A stretch of 63,076 bases of DNA, filler included, from Octopus bimaculoides (taxonomy: Eukaryota), in the NCBI RefSeq assembly GCF_001194135.2. It is 6 parts of 5 records of this genome, joined end to end, with 100 filler letters (N's around TTAATTAATTAA, not from the genome) between each part and the next. Parts side by side here need not be neighbours in the genome. Positions count along the whole stretch, not along the records: positions 12,142 to 29,347 come from NC_068999.1; positions 29,448 to 37,732 come from NC_068986.1; 4 more parts are not named here. One strand, 5' to 3'. Under the pieces are notes generated by a model. It was not told the origin of the DNA. It worked only from the letters and a program-made list of their open reading frames with translations, and did not search any database. The first letter of the stretch is position 1, and each line of letters opens with the position of its first letter. Below, piece after piece: positions 23,065-36,206 of the stretch. A program made the translations under genes and the position numbers.

Positions 23065-23720
23065 ATAATCCACCAAATACCAACAGGACTCACAAAGAGA
23101 GAAGTCCATATATTCCTTCTGCTCCCAACAAAAGGCTGTATGCAGAGGCTGTACGACCTGCAGCAGCTGAACAGCAAACTTTTTTAAGCGTGGCCCAGAA
23201 AATGGTACATCAGTTAACGTGGATGCAGAGGGTGCAGAGTCAACACCACATGAACCATTATCCAAGACCACCACAGATGATGGATCAGGGATGGCCACCG
23301 CTAACACCAGGAACCCCTGCACAGATATCACACCCATATTCCTACTGAATATCCGGGGCCTATTACGAACAGGCGGCAAAGACAAGTTTCTATACCTGAA
23401 AGACCTAGTTACATGCAATCAAGCAATATGCATAGTGCTTACTGAAACGCAGATGCGGAGATAAACATACCAGAGTATGCCGTATTCCGAACAGACAGAA
23501 GGAATAGAAGTCATGGGGGAGTTGCAATGTACATCCGAGAAGATGTCACACCCCTACTACTCTTATCACACTCAAACTCTGTCTGTGATACTTTAACAGT
23601 ACACATAAAACAAAGTGATGTAGTTGTATGCTCAACATACCGTCCACCAAATACCGCAAAGCAGGAGGATAAATTTGAGGACAGCCTCAGACGCATAGAA
23701 GAGGTCTTGACAAATCTGGA
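23065..23720 (+). mobile_element. CR1/L2-group LINE fragment: ORF1 C-terminus overlapping the ORF2 APE N-terminus
   Basis: IFLLNIRGL...IVLTET, then a frameshift and FRTDRRNRSHGGVAMYI...CSTYRPPN; upstream Pro/Gln-rich ORF1 end stops at 23348. Confidence 0.85.
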
Positions 23721-24316
23721 CGTGTTGTCTGTGGATTCTTGCATGTTGGCAAAGGGAATTGTTTGTTTCGCCAATATAATTCTCATGGCAGCTGAGGCAA
23801 GTAATGCAGTATATGAGATTCTGTGTTTTGCAATTCATATCTGCATTTACTTTGAACAAGAATCTGCTCTTGAATTTTATGTGGGAACCACTTTCAAAAT
23901 TTTGAAGCTGTTGTGGCTTCATGTTCCACATCTCCTATCTCCACATTCTTTTATGGAGAATTCTGATTCATTCACTGATGTGAATTTTAGCTTTGTGAGG
24001 TGATTTTTTTGAGGTTTTTTGGCTGGTGTCTATTATTTCATAAGAGGTTTTCATCAATCAGATTTTTCATTTTGGGGGCTTTGTAGAAGGATCGCAAGGT
24101 TTGATTTTATAGTGTGAAAAATGTTGGTTACCCCAAGATTGTGCTTATTGATAAATGGAATCTTTTGAATATACTCCTCAGACCTTTATGCCCATTAATA
24201 CCCAGATATATGGGACAACATGGATTTCATCAAACACATCCCACCCACTGTCCCAATTTACATTGCATTAGTAAAATGTAAAATAGTAGATGTCCTGATA
24301 ACCTGGAATACTTATT
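23718..24316 (-). mobile_element. Penelope-like element C-terminal region with GIY-YIG endonuclease, degenerate
   Basis: KIPFI..HN...RHQPKNLKK...CGDRRCGT...MNCKTQNLIYCITCLSCHENYIGETNNSL...IHRQH. Confidence 0.88.
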
Positions 24317-24949
24317 NNNNNNNNNNNNNNNNNNNNNNNNNNNNNNNNNNNNNNNNNNNNNNNNNNNNNNNNNNNNNNNNNNNNNNNNNNNNNNNNNNNN
24401 NNNNNNNNNNNNNNNNNNNNNNNNNNNNNNNNNNNNNNNNNNNNNNNNNNNNNNNNNNNNNNNNNNNNNNNNNNNNTTATATATATTTTTATACCAAAAT
24501 TTGGCAAAAATATTGTATCTGTTATCAAACGTAGCAAAATACTCACAAGTGAATTTTTGTATTCATATCGATTTAAATGAGAGCTCAAAACTGATCCATT
24601 GGAAATACTTTATTATGATAATGACCTATGATCATTTCGATGCGATATCCAGATTGATTCATGCATATTATAAAATATGGGATACTGCATCTCCTCAGGG
24701 CCTTATTAGTAGCAGGCAGATAATAAAAATAGATAACATTCATATACAACATGAACTGCATCTCATCTAATAATTTTTTTTTCCTAAACAGTTGTGCTGT
24801 AAATCTGACTGCTAATTTCGTAACTTGGTTCATCAATTTCATACTTCTGCAGTGGTATTTTTCATAAGTGTCTCCTTATGCCTTCAAAGTAGCTGAGTCT
24901 GATGCACAAGTCACAGGATATGACACCTCTCTATATTACTTAATTCACT

Positions 24950-25460
24950 ATGTAACTGAGTAACCCATGTCCTGCTTTGCCAATATTTTCAGCATCTCAG
25001 TAATGGTTCTTCACAGTGCGGCTGCTTTACCTGTCATTATTTTTAGGCAAGAACCCAGTTACATGTTCCATATATTTATATTACCATTATGTCCAGCATT
25101 TCTTTATATTACTGATTTCCTTTATATTACATGTTTGTACCAGTGATGTCTTCTCCTTTGATATTATACCTGATTCCTCAGATGTAATATGCGAGAGAAA
25201 AGACAGCTTTTTCCTTTTTCCAGCTTTTCTGTTGGCTCATTTGTATTCTGTCATTCATGCACACTAATGTTACAAAACCAGCAGAGAAAGCTCACATAAT
25301 TACTTTCCAGCTATCAGAAATCTCCAGTACTCAAGGCCCAGTACTATGAAGCATTGCATTTTACACATAAGCATAATGCGATCTATCCTTTATTGCAAGA
25401 GAGAAATCTTTCCTCACCAGTAGAGGTTATAGCTTCCTGAACTTGTCCCATCCTGTTCTA
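24950..25460 (-). mobile_element. Ancient RTE ORF2 C-terminal remnant
   Basis: VRTGWDKFRKL*PLLVRKDFSLAIK.. parallels IAWAKFRELLPLLATKDLSLRVK; many stops. Confidence 0.6.
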
Positions 25461-25611
25461 ACTTGACTGTCATGTTTTCATATTCAGCCCAACAACTCTC
25501 TCTCTCTCTCTCTCTTGCTTTCTCTCATCCATCCATCCATCCATCCATCTGTTCATCTGTTTATCCATCCATCCATCTAAATATATATATATATGTGTGT
25601 GTATGTGTGTG

Positions 25612-26490
25612 TGTGAAAAAGTGCCACACCCCAGCAGTTGAGGGAACCTGTGGAAGAGGTAGACCCAGGAAGACCTGGAATGAGGTGGTGAAGCCCGACC
25701 ATCGAACTTTAGGCCTCACCGAGGCAGTGACTAGTGACCGGAACCTTTGGAAATATACAGTATGTGAGAAGACCTGGCAAGCCAATTGAGAGCATAATCT
25801 GTGGCCTCTGCCAGAAGTGTAGCCAGCTCACTTATTCATATCTTTACTTCATTGGCCACTAAACTCTGCTTGCGAAGACCTGTTGAGGCAAGTGAATTTG
25901 AAATCGAAATCGAATCAAATTCGATGACTGGCACCCATGCTAATCTCTCCTTCATTGGACACTAAACTCTGCTTGCAAAGACCTGTTGGGGCAACTGAAA
26001 TCGGAATCGTAATTAAACCATATTCGATGACTGGCACCTGTGCCAGTGGAGCACTAACAGCACTATCCGAGCATGATCATTGCCAGTGCAGCTGTCTGGC
26101 TTCCGTGCTAGTGGCCTGTAAATAGCACCATTTGAGCGTAATTGTTACCAGTGTCACCTTACTGGCACTTGTGCCCGTGGCACGTTTAGAAAATTATTCA
26201 AACGAAAATCATTGCCAGTGCTGCTGGACTGGCTCCCATGCAGGTGGCACGTAAAAAACACCATTTTGAGCGTGGCCGTTGCCAGTACCGTGTGACTGGC
26301 CCTCGTGCCGGTGGCACGTAAAAGCACCCACTACACTCTCGGAGTGGTTGGCATTAGGAAGGGCATCCAGCTGTAGAAACTCTGCTAGATCAGATTGGAG
26401 CCTGGTGCAGCCATCCAGTTCACCAGTCCTTAGTCAAATCGTCCAACCCATGGAAAGTGGATGTTAAACGATGATGATGATGATGATGAT
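25612..26490 (+). mobile_element. 5'-truncated RTE LINE: ORF end, ~700 bp modular 3' UTR and (GAT)n tail
   Basis: KKCHTPAVEGTCGRGRPRKTWNEVVK...KTWQAN*, then ttggacactaaactctgcttgc modules and gttaaacgatgatgat. Confidence 0.92.
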
Positions 26491-26599
26491 GATGATATAT
26501 ATATATATATATACATGTATGTATGTATATATATACATGTATGTATGTATGTTATTGGTCACAGTGCGCTTTCAATTTGGTCTTGATTGCACTATTCTA

Positions 26600-27290
26600 T
26601 TCCATCTTGACCCAAATTGCTTGATCAAACTGTCTTCCCATTGTCATGGAGGCCTTCCAAGTAACCTTTTCTGATCTCTTGGATACCATTCAGCAACTGC
26701 AAGGAACCTTGCATCATGTCTGGCCCGGTGGAACTTGTGTTTTCAGCACTCTGTGATCACATTGTTCACTCCACTCTGTTCTCACTACCTCATTTTGAAT
26801 GTGTTCTTTTAATATTTTTAGCATGGATCTTTCCATGGCCCTTTGCATTGTAGCCAATCAATGTTCTATCCTCTTCATAGTAGCCAATGTATCACTTACA
26901 TATAAGAGTTGAAGTACAATGGAGCTACTTAAGAATCTGGCATGTATGGCATTGTCTAGCCTTGTTTGGAGCATATCCTTTATTGAGTTAAATGCCTTCT
27001 ATGCTTCCTATTATCTTCTTTGAAATTTCAGCATCCTTGTCTCAGCACACATTCCCACCTTTATTTGGCTCTGTGCTCCATCTTCCAACCACATATATTT
27101 TGTTTTCATGTGGTTCATTCTAAGACCTACTGCTAAGCTCTGAGTTTCAACTCTGTTAGCAAGATCTGCAGGTGATCTGTGGATTTAACAAGGAATCATC
27201 TGTGAATTAAAGATTTGTTAGTTACTTACCATTGATTTTCATGCCACCTATCCATTTGATGTCCTTGGTGACGATTTCTAGACATGGCTG
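26600..27290 (-). mobile_element. Ancient RTE RT/C-terminal remnant (second RTE lineage)
   Basis: Degenerate ..SLAVGLRMNHMKTKYM.. and RAMERSML motifs; many stops and frameshifts. Confidence 0.65.
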
Positions 27291-28419
27291 GCATGCTACA
27301 AACCACATGCTGGCCAGCAGACTTTAGAATGTGATATGCAGAGACATAAAAGGAACAAGGAAATGAAAAAGAGGGTGAAATCTGATGGGAATGGGTGTGT
27401 CCTAAACAGTTAAAGCAGAAACTTAGAATTTAGAATTTAATTCAAAAGTAGTCAAGAAATTTATAAACTTATGTTAGAGAATTGAAGATAAATAGAAAAA
27501 ATAAATTTGAAGTTTAAAATTTCAGTATGTGCAAGAGCACTGATATAGTTACAATAAAAAGTCATATAATAAGTAGTAGATAAGATGTATAGATAGAAAA
27601 TTAAAACCTAGCTAGTAATATAGATATAACAGCGCAAAAAAAGACTATAATAAAATGGGATTAGGGTAAAATATGCAATGTATTAAGTTTAAAATATTTT
27701 ATTTCTGCTAATTATAAACTTATTTTTAAAAACTTAATACAATTTTTAAACTTAACACATCGTCGTCTTCTTCTTCTTCATCAACTCCTCCTCCTCCTCC
27801 TTCTCCTTCACCATCTCCTCCTCCTCCTCCTTCTTGTTACCTCCTTCACCATCTTCTTCTTCTTCATTTTCTTCATATTGTTCTTTATATTCTTCCTCTT
27901 CATCCATCTCACATGATCTCTTAAACTAATTATTCACCCCTTAACCATACATTTAGTTACTTTTTTTCCTTCTGATACAATCAATAAAATAATGGCTGGA
28001 AGATGCACAATGTTAGTGCACACCTTTGATTCAAGTCTGATGAAGTGCCATTCTAATGTCTAAAATCACAAACATTATACAAATTTTCATTTCGAATTTT
28101 TTTGTAAACTGGCACTGCAAGCAAAGTTGGTACAAAAACAATTGTAATGAACCATTAAAGATGTGTTAAAGGATTTCTTTGTGTTCTTATTATTTGATTC
28201 ATATATAGATATAGATATATATAAATTCAATTAGAGATTAAATTAGCCTCATTAAGTATCATCCAATGAATTACTGGTTCAATACCTAATATTTGTTGTG
28301 AATAATAATATTCATAAAACAATAGGTTGATAAACCATGGTTTATAATCCAAAAGAAAATAAGAAAATGGAGATGTAGCATGTAATAAAAATTTTATTAT
28401 CTGCAAAAATCAAACATAG

Positions 28420-28507
28420 TCTCTTACAGCTGTTTCAATTAAGCCTAAAAAGATTATAAATAGCAATTACTAAAAATCATTATATTAGGCAAAATCTCTT
28501 CAGAGGG
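28420..28507 (-). ncRNA. Hammerhead-like motif with canonical core (CUGAAGA/GAAA/GUA), long stem II, palindromic stem III
   Basis: ct-CTGAAGA-gattttgcctaa...ttaggcttaatt-GAAA-cagctg-TA-ag; stem I is weak (2 contiguous bp). Confidence 0.55.
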
Positions 28508-28509
28508 GT

Positions 28510-28870
28510 TACTAGTTGGCACTCCATCACTCACGACATCGAGGGTTCCAGTTGATCCGATCAACAGAACAGCCTGCTCGTGAAATTAACGTGCAAGTGG
28601 CTGAGCACTCCACAGACACGTGTACCCTTAACGCAGTTCTCGGGGATATTCAGTGTGACACAGTGTGACAAGGCTGACCCTTTGAACTACAGGCACAACA
28701 GAAACAGGAAGTAAGAGTGAGAGAAAGCAGGGTTCGCCACCATCCCCTGCTGGAGCCTCGTGGAGCTTTAGGTGTTTTCGCTCAATAAACACTCACAACG
28801 CCCGGTCTGGGAATCGAAATCGTGATCCTATGACCGCGAGTCCGCTGCCCTAACCACTGGGCCATTGCAT
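28510..28870 (-). mobile_element. SINE family C, near full length, 9-bp TSD cagaggggt
   Basis: tRNA-like head (ggttagggcagcggactcgcggtc...ttcgattccc); TSD at 28501-28509 and again near 28875. Confidence 0.9.
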
Positions 28871-29293
28871 CTCCCAGAGGGGTAGAAAAAAGATATACTG
28901 TTAGGTTTTTATGTGTTATATTTTAGAATCATTACAGCAGACTGAATATTATCTTATGGTTAATATTGGTATATTCCTGGGTTAGAGGGTTATAGGTTGT
29001 TTTAGTGAGTAATGGATAATATGTGAATATAATTAGGGTAATAATGGGTAAATAAATAGAGACTGAATAGTAAATTACAGTGAAGAGGAGTATCATATGA
29101 ATGAGGAGATGAAATAAATACTTTAGTGAGTTGTTTATAAAATTGAAAGAAACTTATATAAAAATAATATATATATAGTGGTGCACCAGCATGAACGCAG
29201 CCACTTGGCTGAAACACATAAATAAATAAATAAATAAATATAATATATTATATAATACTGGTCAAAAAACATTCATTTTTTAATTAGTGCATG

Positions 29294-29334
<41 letters not shown>

Positions 29335-29447
29335 ATATATATATATANNNNNNNNNNNNNNNNNNNNNNNNNNNNNNNNNNNNNNNNNNNNTTAATTAAT
29401 TAANNNNNNNNNNNNNNNNNNNNNNNNNNNNNNNNNNNNNNNNNNNN

Positions 29448-29755
29448 GAAAGAGAGGAAGAGAAAGAGAGGAAGAGAAAGAGAGGAAGAGAAAGAGAGGA
29501 AGAGAAAGAGAGTGAGAGAGAGGGAAGAGGGGTATGGGGGGGAGAAAGAGAGGAAGAGAAAGAGAGTGAGAGAGAGGGGAAATGAGTGAGAGAGTAAGGG
29601 TGAGAGAGTAAGGGTGAGAGAGTAAGAGAGTAAGAGTGTAGAGAGTAGGAGAGTAAGAGTGTAGAGAGTAAGAGTGAGAGAGGGGGGAGTACGAGAGAAG
29701 AGAGTGAGAGAGAGTAAGAGAGAGGAGAGTAAGAGAGAGGAGAGTAAGAGAGAGG
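29448..29755. repeat. GA-rich minisatellite (units such as gaaagagaggaaga and gagagtaa)
   Basis: Tandem purine-only units between gaps. Confidence 0.9.
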
Positions 29756-30404
29756 NNNNNNNNNNNNNNNNNNNNNNNNNNNNNNNNNNNNNNNNNNNNN
29801 NNNNNNNNNNNNNNNNNNNNNNNNNNNNNNNNNNNNNNNNNNNNNNNNNNNNNNNNNNNNNNNNNNNNNNNNNNNNNNNNNNNNNNNNNNNNNNNNNNNN
29901 NNNNNNNNNNNNNNNNNNNNNNNNNNNNNNNNNNNNNNNNNNNNNNNNNNNNNNNNNNNNNNNNNNNNNNNNNNNNNNNNNNNNNNNNNNNNNNNNNNNN
30001 NNNNNNNNNNNNNNNNNNNNNNNNNNNNNNNNNNNNNNNNNNNNNNNNNNNNNNNNNNNNNNNNNNNNNNNNNNNNNNNNNNNNNNNNNNNNNNNNNNNN
30101 NNNNNNNNNNNNNNNNNNNNNNNNNNNNNNNNNNNNNNNNNNNNNNNNNNNNNNNNNNNNNNNNNNNNNNNNNNNNNNNNNNNNNNNNNNNNNNNNNNNN
30201 NNNNNNNNNNNNNNNNNNNNNNNNNNNNNNNNNNNNNNNNNNNNNNNNNNNNNNNNNNNNNNNNNNNNNNNNNNNNNNNNNNNNNNNNNNNNNNNNNNNN
30301 NNNNNNNNNNNNNNNNNNNNNNNNNNNNNNNNNNNNNNNNNNNNNNNNNNNNNNNNNNNNNNNNNNNNNNNNNNNNNNNNNNNNNNNNNNNNNNNNNNNN
30401 NNNN

Positions 30405-30582
30405 TGGTGGTGGTGGTGGTGGTGGTGGTGGTGGTTGGCCGTGGCGACGGCGGCAGCGGTGGTCATGATGATGATGACGACGACGACGACGCCGATGACG
30501 AAGACGATGACGACAAAGACGATGACGACGAAGACGATGACGACGAAGACGATGACGACGAAGACGATGACGACGATGACGG
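30405..30582. repeat. (GGT)n and (GAC/GAT)n repeats, including a 15-mer gacgaagacgatgac
   Basis: Direct reading. Confidence 0.9.
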
Positions 30583-31384
30583 CATGTTTATGATTATCTC
30601 GTGGGAGATAGTTATTTTGGCATTTCTGTATGATTTAATATATTTTAATAAGAATTGCTCATAATTTTGTGTCATTTTGCAATGTTGCTATTGTTGTTGC
30701 GATTGTTTTCGCTGTGGTTGTTTTTGCCGTTGCTTAGTTCCAGGTCAGCACCGATGGAGTTGACCTATGGTGGTGATGGTGGCGATTGTTGTGTTTGTCG
30801 CAGTGGTGGTGGTAAAGGTACTGCTACCGCTGCCAGTGGTTGTGGTGATGGTGGCAGTGAGGTAGTCTTAGTGATATAAGTGTCGGCGATGGGGGTGAAG
30901 TATCTGTGATGGTGGTGCTTTGGTTTTTTTTTTGCTTTGTTTTGTTTGATTTTTTAGTTTGCATTGTTATACTTTTCTTATCGAAATTGATGGTAAAGCA
31001 GCGAGCTGGTAGAATCGTTAACACGTCGGACAAAATGCTTAGCGTCATTTCTTCTGCTCCTCTCTCTTTCCGAAGAAGAGTTATGCTCCCAGCGCAAAAA
31101 AATCACACTTTCCTTCTCTGAGCTTCTTATTAATACTTTGCAGGTGTCCTCGATTTGTTTTTCTACATATTTAGGCGCAAGAGTGGCTGTGTAGTAAGAA
31201 GCAGGAGTGGCTGTGTGGTAAGAAGCTTGCTTCCCAACCACATGGTTCCGGGTTCAGTATACATGCCAACACACACACACATCTTCACCCACCCATTCAC
31301 CCAATTCACACACCATTCAAACTGCTTCAGACTGATTCTCAGACACCTTCAAACTGTCCCGACTCACTATTGACCATCCCATCT

Positions 31385-31716
31385 ACGCACACGTGCAAAA
31401 ACACACATACACACACACACACACACCCAGAGTTACTTCCACATGCACACACACACACACACAGAGCTACCATCACACACACACACACACACAGTTACCA
31501 CCACACACACACACACAGAGTTACCACCACACACACACACACTCAGTTACTGCCACATGCACACATTGCCATGCATACACACACTCTATCACACACACAC
31601 ACATGCCACCACCACCACCACATGCACACACGCTACCACGCACGCACACACTCAGTTACTGCCACACACACATATGCTACCATACACACACGTTATCACA
31701 CACATGCACATGCCAC

Positions 31717-31748
<32 letters not shown>

Positions 31749-31750
31749 AA
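31385..31750. repeat. Degenerate (CA)n minisatellite with recurrent cagagttac/cagttac spacers
   Basis: CA runs punctuated by similar 8-10 nt motifs. Confidence 0.85.
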
Positions 31751-32118
31751 TACCAGCTATTCTTCACACTATCCTGTCCCAGAAAGCACTTTCTCTTTGT
31801 CCATCTACTTTCAGTCATTTTAAAAATGTAACTACACGTCGACTCTTGGCGATTTTTTCCTCCTTTCTCCTTTGGAGTTTNNNNNNNNNNNNNNNNNNNN
31901 NNNNNNNNNNNNNNNNNNNNNNNNNNNNNNNNNNNNNNNNNNNNNNNNNNNNNNNNNNNNNNNNNNNNNNNNNNNNNNNNNNNNNNNNNNNNNNNNNNNN
32001 NNNNNNNNNNNNNNNNNNNNNNNNNNNNNNNNNNNNNNNNNNNNNNNNNNNNNNNNNNNNNNNNNNNNNNNNNNNNNNNNNNNNNNNNNNNNNNNNNNNN
32101 NNNNNNNNNNNNNNNNNN

Positions 32119-32308
32119 CTTAGCGGTATTTCATCTGCCGTTACGTTCTGAGTTCAAATTCCGCCGAGGTCGACTTTGCCTTTCATCCTTTCGAGGTCGA
32201 TAAATTAAGTACCAGTTACGCACTGAGGTCGATGTAATCGGCTTAATCTCTTTGTCTGTCATTGTTTGTCCCCTCTATGTTTAGCCCCCTGTGGGCAATA
32301 AAGAAATA
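32119..32308 (+). mobile_element. SINE family A (head in gap)
   Basis: Close match to 1968-2202. Confidence 0.9.
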
Positions 32309-32309
32309 A

Positions 32310-32712
32310 GAAGCAGGAGTGGCTGTGTGGTAAGAAGCTTGCTTCCCAACCACATGGTTCCGGGTTCAGTCCCACTGCGTAACACCTTCGATAAGTGTCT
32401 CCTACTATAGCCTCGGGCCTACCAAAGCCTTGCGAGTGGATTTGGTAGGCGGAAACTGAAAGTAGCCCGTCGTATGTATATGTACATATATATATGTGTG
32501 TGTGCATGTATGTATTTTTGTGTCTGTGTTTGTCCCCTCACCATCGCTTGACAACCGATGTTGGTGTATTTACGTCCCCGTAACTTAGCGGTACTTAAGT
32601 ATTAGGCTTACAAACAATAAGTACTGGGGATCGATTTGTTCGACTAAAGACGGTGTTCCAGCATGGCCGCTGTCAAATGACTGAAACAAGTAAAAGAATA
32701 AAAGAGAAAAGG
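32310..32712 (+). mobile_element. tRNA-derived CORE-like SINE, family B, with internal TA/TG microsatellite and 3' tail
   Basis: caggagtggctgtgtggtaagaagc...caccttcgataagtgtctcctactatagcc...ggaaactgaaagtagccc, tail ...gactgaaacaagtaaaagaataaaag. Confidence 0.88.
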
Positions 32713-32975
32713 ATATATATACGTGTGAATGTGTTTGTGTGTAAAGGGAGAAGAGTCTCCACACCACCGATGTTGTCTAAAGAAATCGAACTCACAACCT
32801 TACAATCGTAAGCCCGATGCTCTAACCACTGAGCCGTACGCCATTCTCGATAAACGTTTCAATAACAAGAACTGGATGGGCACCGGTCCAAAGTATAATG
32901 GCAACTAAAAATTAAACCGCTAAAACATTAGCTACATGTGGACACCATTACGGCATACCTAACTTCACTAGTCCC

Positions 32976-33046
<71 letters not shown>

Positions 33047-33070
33047 TGTCTGTCTGTCTGTTTGTATGTG

Positions 33071-33149
<79 letters not shown>

Positions 33150-33632
33150 CCTCGTTAAATAATAGTAGATTCACATTCAGCCAGATTGTTATCTACTTTT
33201 ATCTATTACATGTGCGCAGACATGACATTTCACCACGCATCCATCGCCATAGGACTTTATAAAATACAAAACGAATCAAGAAATAACAGAAAGACACCTA
33301 TACATCATTGGATTTAAGTGACAAAAATTTGTTCCACACATGCCACTCTCTCGGTCGCCATGATAGCTTCAAACACCAATCATTGCTAAATGGTTAATAC
33401 TACTTAGACATTTTGACTGCAAGATTTATGTCAAAGTACCTTTCTATCGTTCCCACAGCTTTATCAAAATTAACGGGAGCCACCTCTACCCCCTAGGAAA
33501 TCTATTTAACCAATCGAGGGGCTTCTGACAGGTGTAATGATAACCAAGGGATGAATCCACACTCCCCACTACTCCAGCACTCCCAAACTGGTACCTCAAC
33601 ACGAGATGCAGTTTAATGCTATACTTGGATAA

Positions 33633-33687
<55 letters not shown>

Positions 33688-33706
33688 CACACACAGACAC
33701 GCAGGC

Positions 33707-33767
<61 letters not shown>

Positions 33768-34012
33768 TGATTTGTTTTTCGTTAAAACATGGCCATCCTT
33801 TCTACGTGAGTTGAAACATCGGACCATGTGGTTGTGAAGCAATAAACCGAATCTTCCTACTCTGTTCCGGGGAATTCTTTTATACTCTGGATTACAACAA
33901 TCACTCGGTTGAAATTCATTCTCTCACTCATTCACACTATCCCCCTCTCTCTCCCTCTCGCTCTCTCCGTGTATATATTTGTGTATGTGTGTATGTGTGC
34001 GTGCGTGCGTGT

Positions 34013-34047
<35 letters not shown>

Positions 34048-34403
34048 AGTGATTGTTTATCTGTATATGTAACGCTTCTAATTCTTTATTTGAAATTATA
34101 GGCAGATGTTTTTGCTAATGCCTCTCAACTGTTTACAAACGTATAATTTACGCTGTTTAACGAGTTTAAATGAGATTTGTAACCGAGACGATTCCATAAT
34201 TCTTCACAAGAGTTGACAATTATATGGAAGCAATGTTTAAATATTCATCACTTCCTTCCATATAATTCCTTTCATCATTCCCTTTATAGAAGTAATTGTA
34301 GCATATTTAATAAGGCATTGTTAGCTAAACACATACGCATACGCGCACAAACACATACATACATACATTATATGTATGTATACAGTATTGTGTATTGTAT
34401 ATG

Positions 34404-34438
<35 letters not shown>

Positions 34439-34784
34439 TGATACATGTATTAGTATATATACGTATATTGTTAATCTACTCACATGTAGTATATACAATA
34501 TAACTACGTGTAATGTTTAGCATATGTATATTAGATTATAGACATGCTATGTTATGTATCATAAAAATTATATTAAGTGTTTGTATGTGCAAGTATGGAC
34601 AGAGTAACGGATGACTAAATATGCGTATGTGCTTGGTGTGTGTATTCGTGCCTACAGATATATAGCTCTGAATGCATGTCTTTCTGTATCTGTATTCTGT
34701 ATTTTCATTTATGCTGACATGTCTCTGTGAGGGAGGGAGAGAGAGAGAGAGAGAGTGTGTGTGTGTGTGTGTGCGTGTGTGTGC

Positions 34785-34835
<51 letters not shown>

Positions 34836-36206
34836 CTATGAAGCTATGTGCTGCTTGTGTCCATATGTATGTACATATAATGTTTATACTGTGTGTATTA
34901 TAATGTATATAGGTGTGAATACGTAGAAGAATTCAAATATGGTAAGTTTCTATGTGTGTCTGTATTGCGTTTGTAATTCACATTTACATTACAAAATAAG
35001 TCCTGATATGCATACATGTGTGTGTTTAAGGTTTAAATGAAAGACATGAGAGGGAACAATGGTAAAAAAAAAATGATAAAACCTCTACCATAGTCTCGGA
35101 TCGACCAAAACCTTGTGAGTGAAGTTTAATAGAAGGGAATTCGCATTGAATGGAGTTTCCTGTAGATTTAATCGGTTCCCCCGTTTAACACCACTGACCT
35201 ATGAGTTCTTTCAGCGAAGTTCGCTCTTTTGCAAACCTTTACGCTAAGTTTTCGGTCTGGTGATAATTTTATCCCTCACTCTCACCAGCTTTGGAGGCCC
35301 AAAGTAAGTTTATGGATGCCGCCTTTATTCGTTTGACTAAACCGTCAAAAAGAACGGTATCGGTGCAATCTGTGCCATAATCCCTTCTCAGAAACCAAGG
35401 TCAGTATTTTCTCATAGAATACTGTGTCGACGGTATTCTTGTTTACAGAATGGGCGGAACATGATGAGGTCTACAAATACAATGTATAAATCTCAGGTTT
35501 ACTCACGGTACATCTGTAAACGCCTCTAAGTCACGGTTTAGCATTCAGCACTTCTGAAAATGCTTCAGTGCAAAAATATCAGAGGCACTTACATTGTGAC
35601 TCAGGAAAAATAGAGTAGACAAGATGATATCCATTATATTTTTCTGTTGCTTGAAGATAACCTTCAGGTGTACTTTTTTATGCAATTGATAAAGCTGATA
35701 TGCCGCAATGTCACGGTTTCTTCTCGGATATTTGTTATTTTATATATGAAATAAGGAAGCATTTTTGAAATCTTGGGGTATATTTGCTAGCTTCTCATTG
35801 GTTTGAAATAGCCCTTCTTTTTGGTTTTTCTTTTTGATTAAACAAAGACTTCAAGGCTTCACTTGGCGGAAAATGTTTAACATCTACGAAATAATGGTCG
35901 TATTTCAAGCAAGTAGCATGAAAACGAAAGAAGAAAAAAAGAAAAATCGAACTGTTAAGTTCTTCGGTATCGACTGTTGAATCATCGAATTCAGAACACT
36001 CACTTAGCTGACGCCTAGCAATGCAGGCGATACACAGCAGAGTGAATGGTATGAGTCACCTCTGTGGTATCCAGTTGAGATACCAGCGTAGGGCGTGTCA
36101 GCTGTGGTGGAGAGAATGAAACAATTTGTAATCCACGATAGAAAGACAGTGAAACCACCGGTTCAGATCCTCTTTCGTCCACAGCCCTTCACCACGTGAA
36201 AAGATA

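Noticed and set aside
25870-25915. ctgttga...gaaatcgaaa within the RTE 3' UTR module as another hammerhead
   Set aside because: No stem II or stem I can be formed around the putative core.
28780-28870. tRNA-like A/B box segments (also 32760-32850, 55390-55450, 56835-56905)
   Set aside because: They are SINE heads attached to SINE bodies, with no complete cloverleaf; not tRNA genes.
35375-35470. Closely spaced AG...GT motifs suggesting serial tiny exons
   Set aside because: The implied introns are 16-18 nt, too short for spliceosomal splicing.
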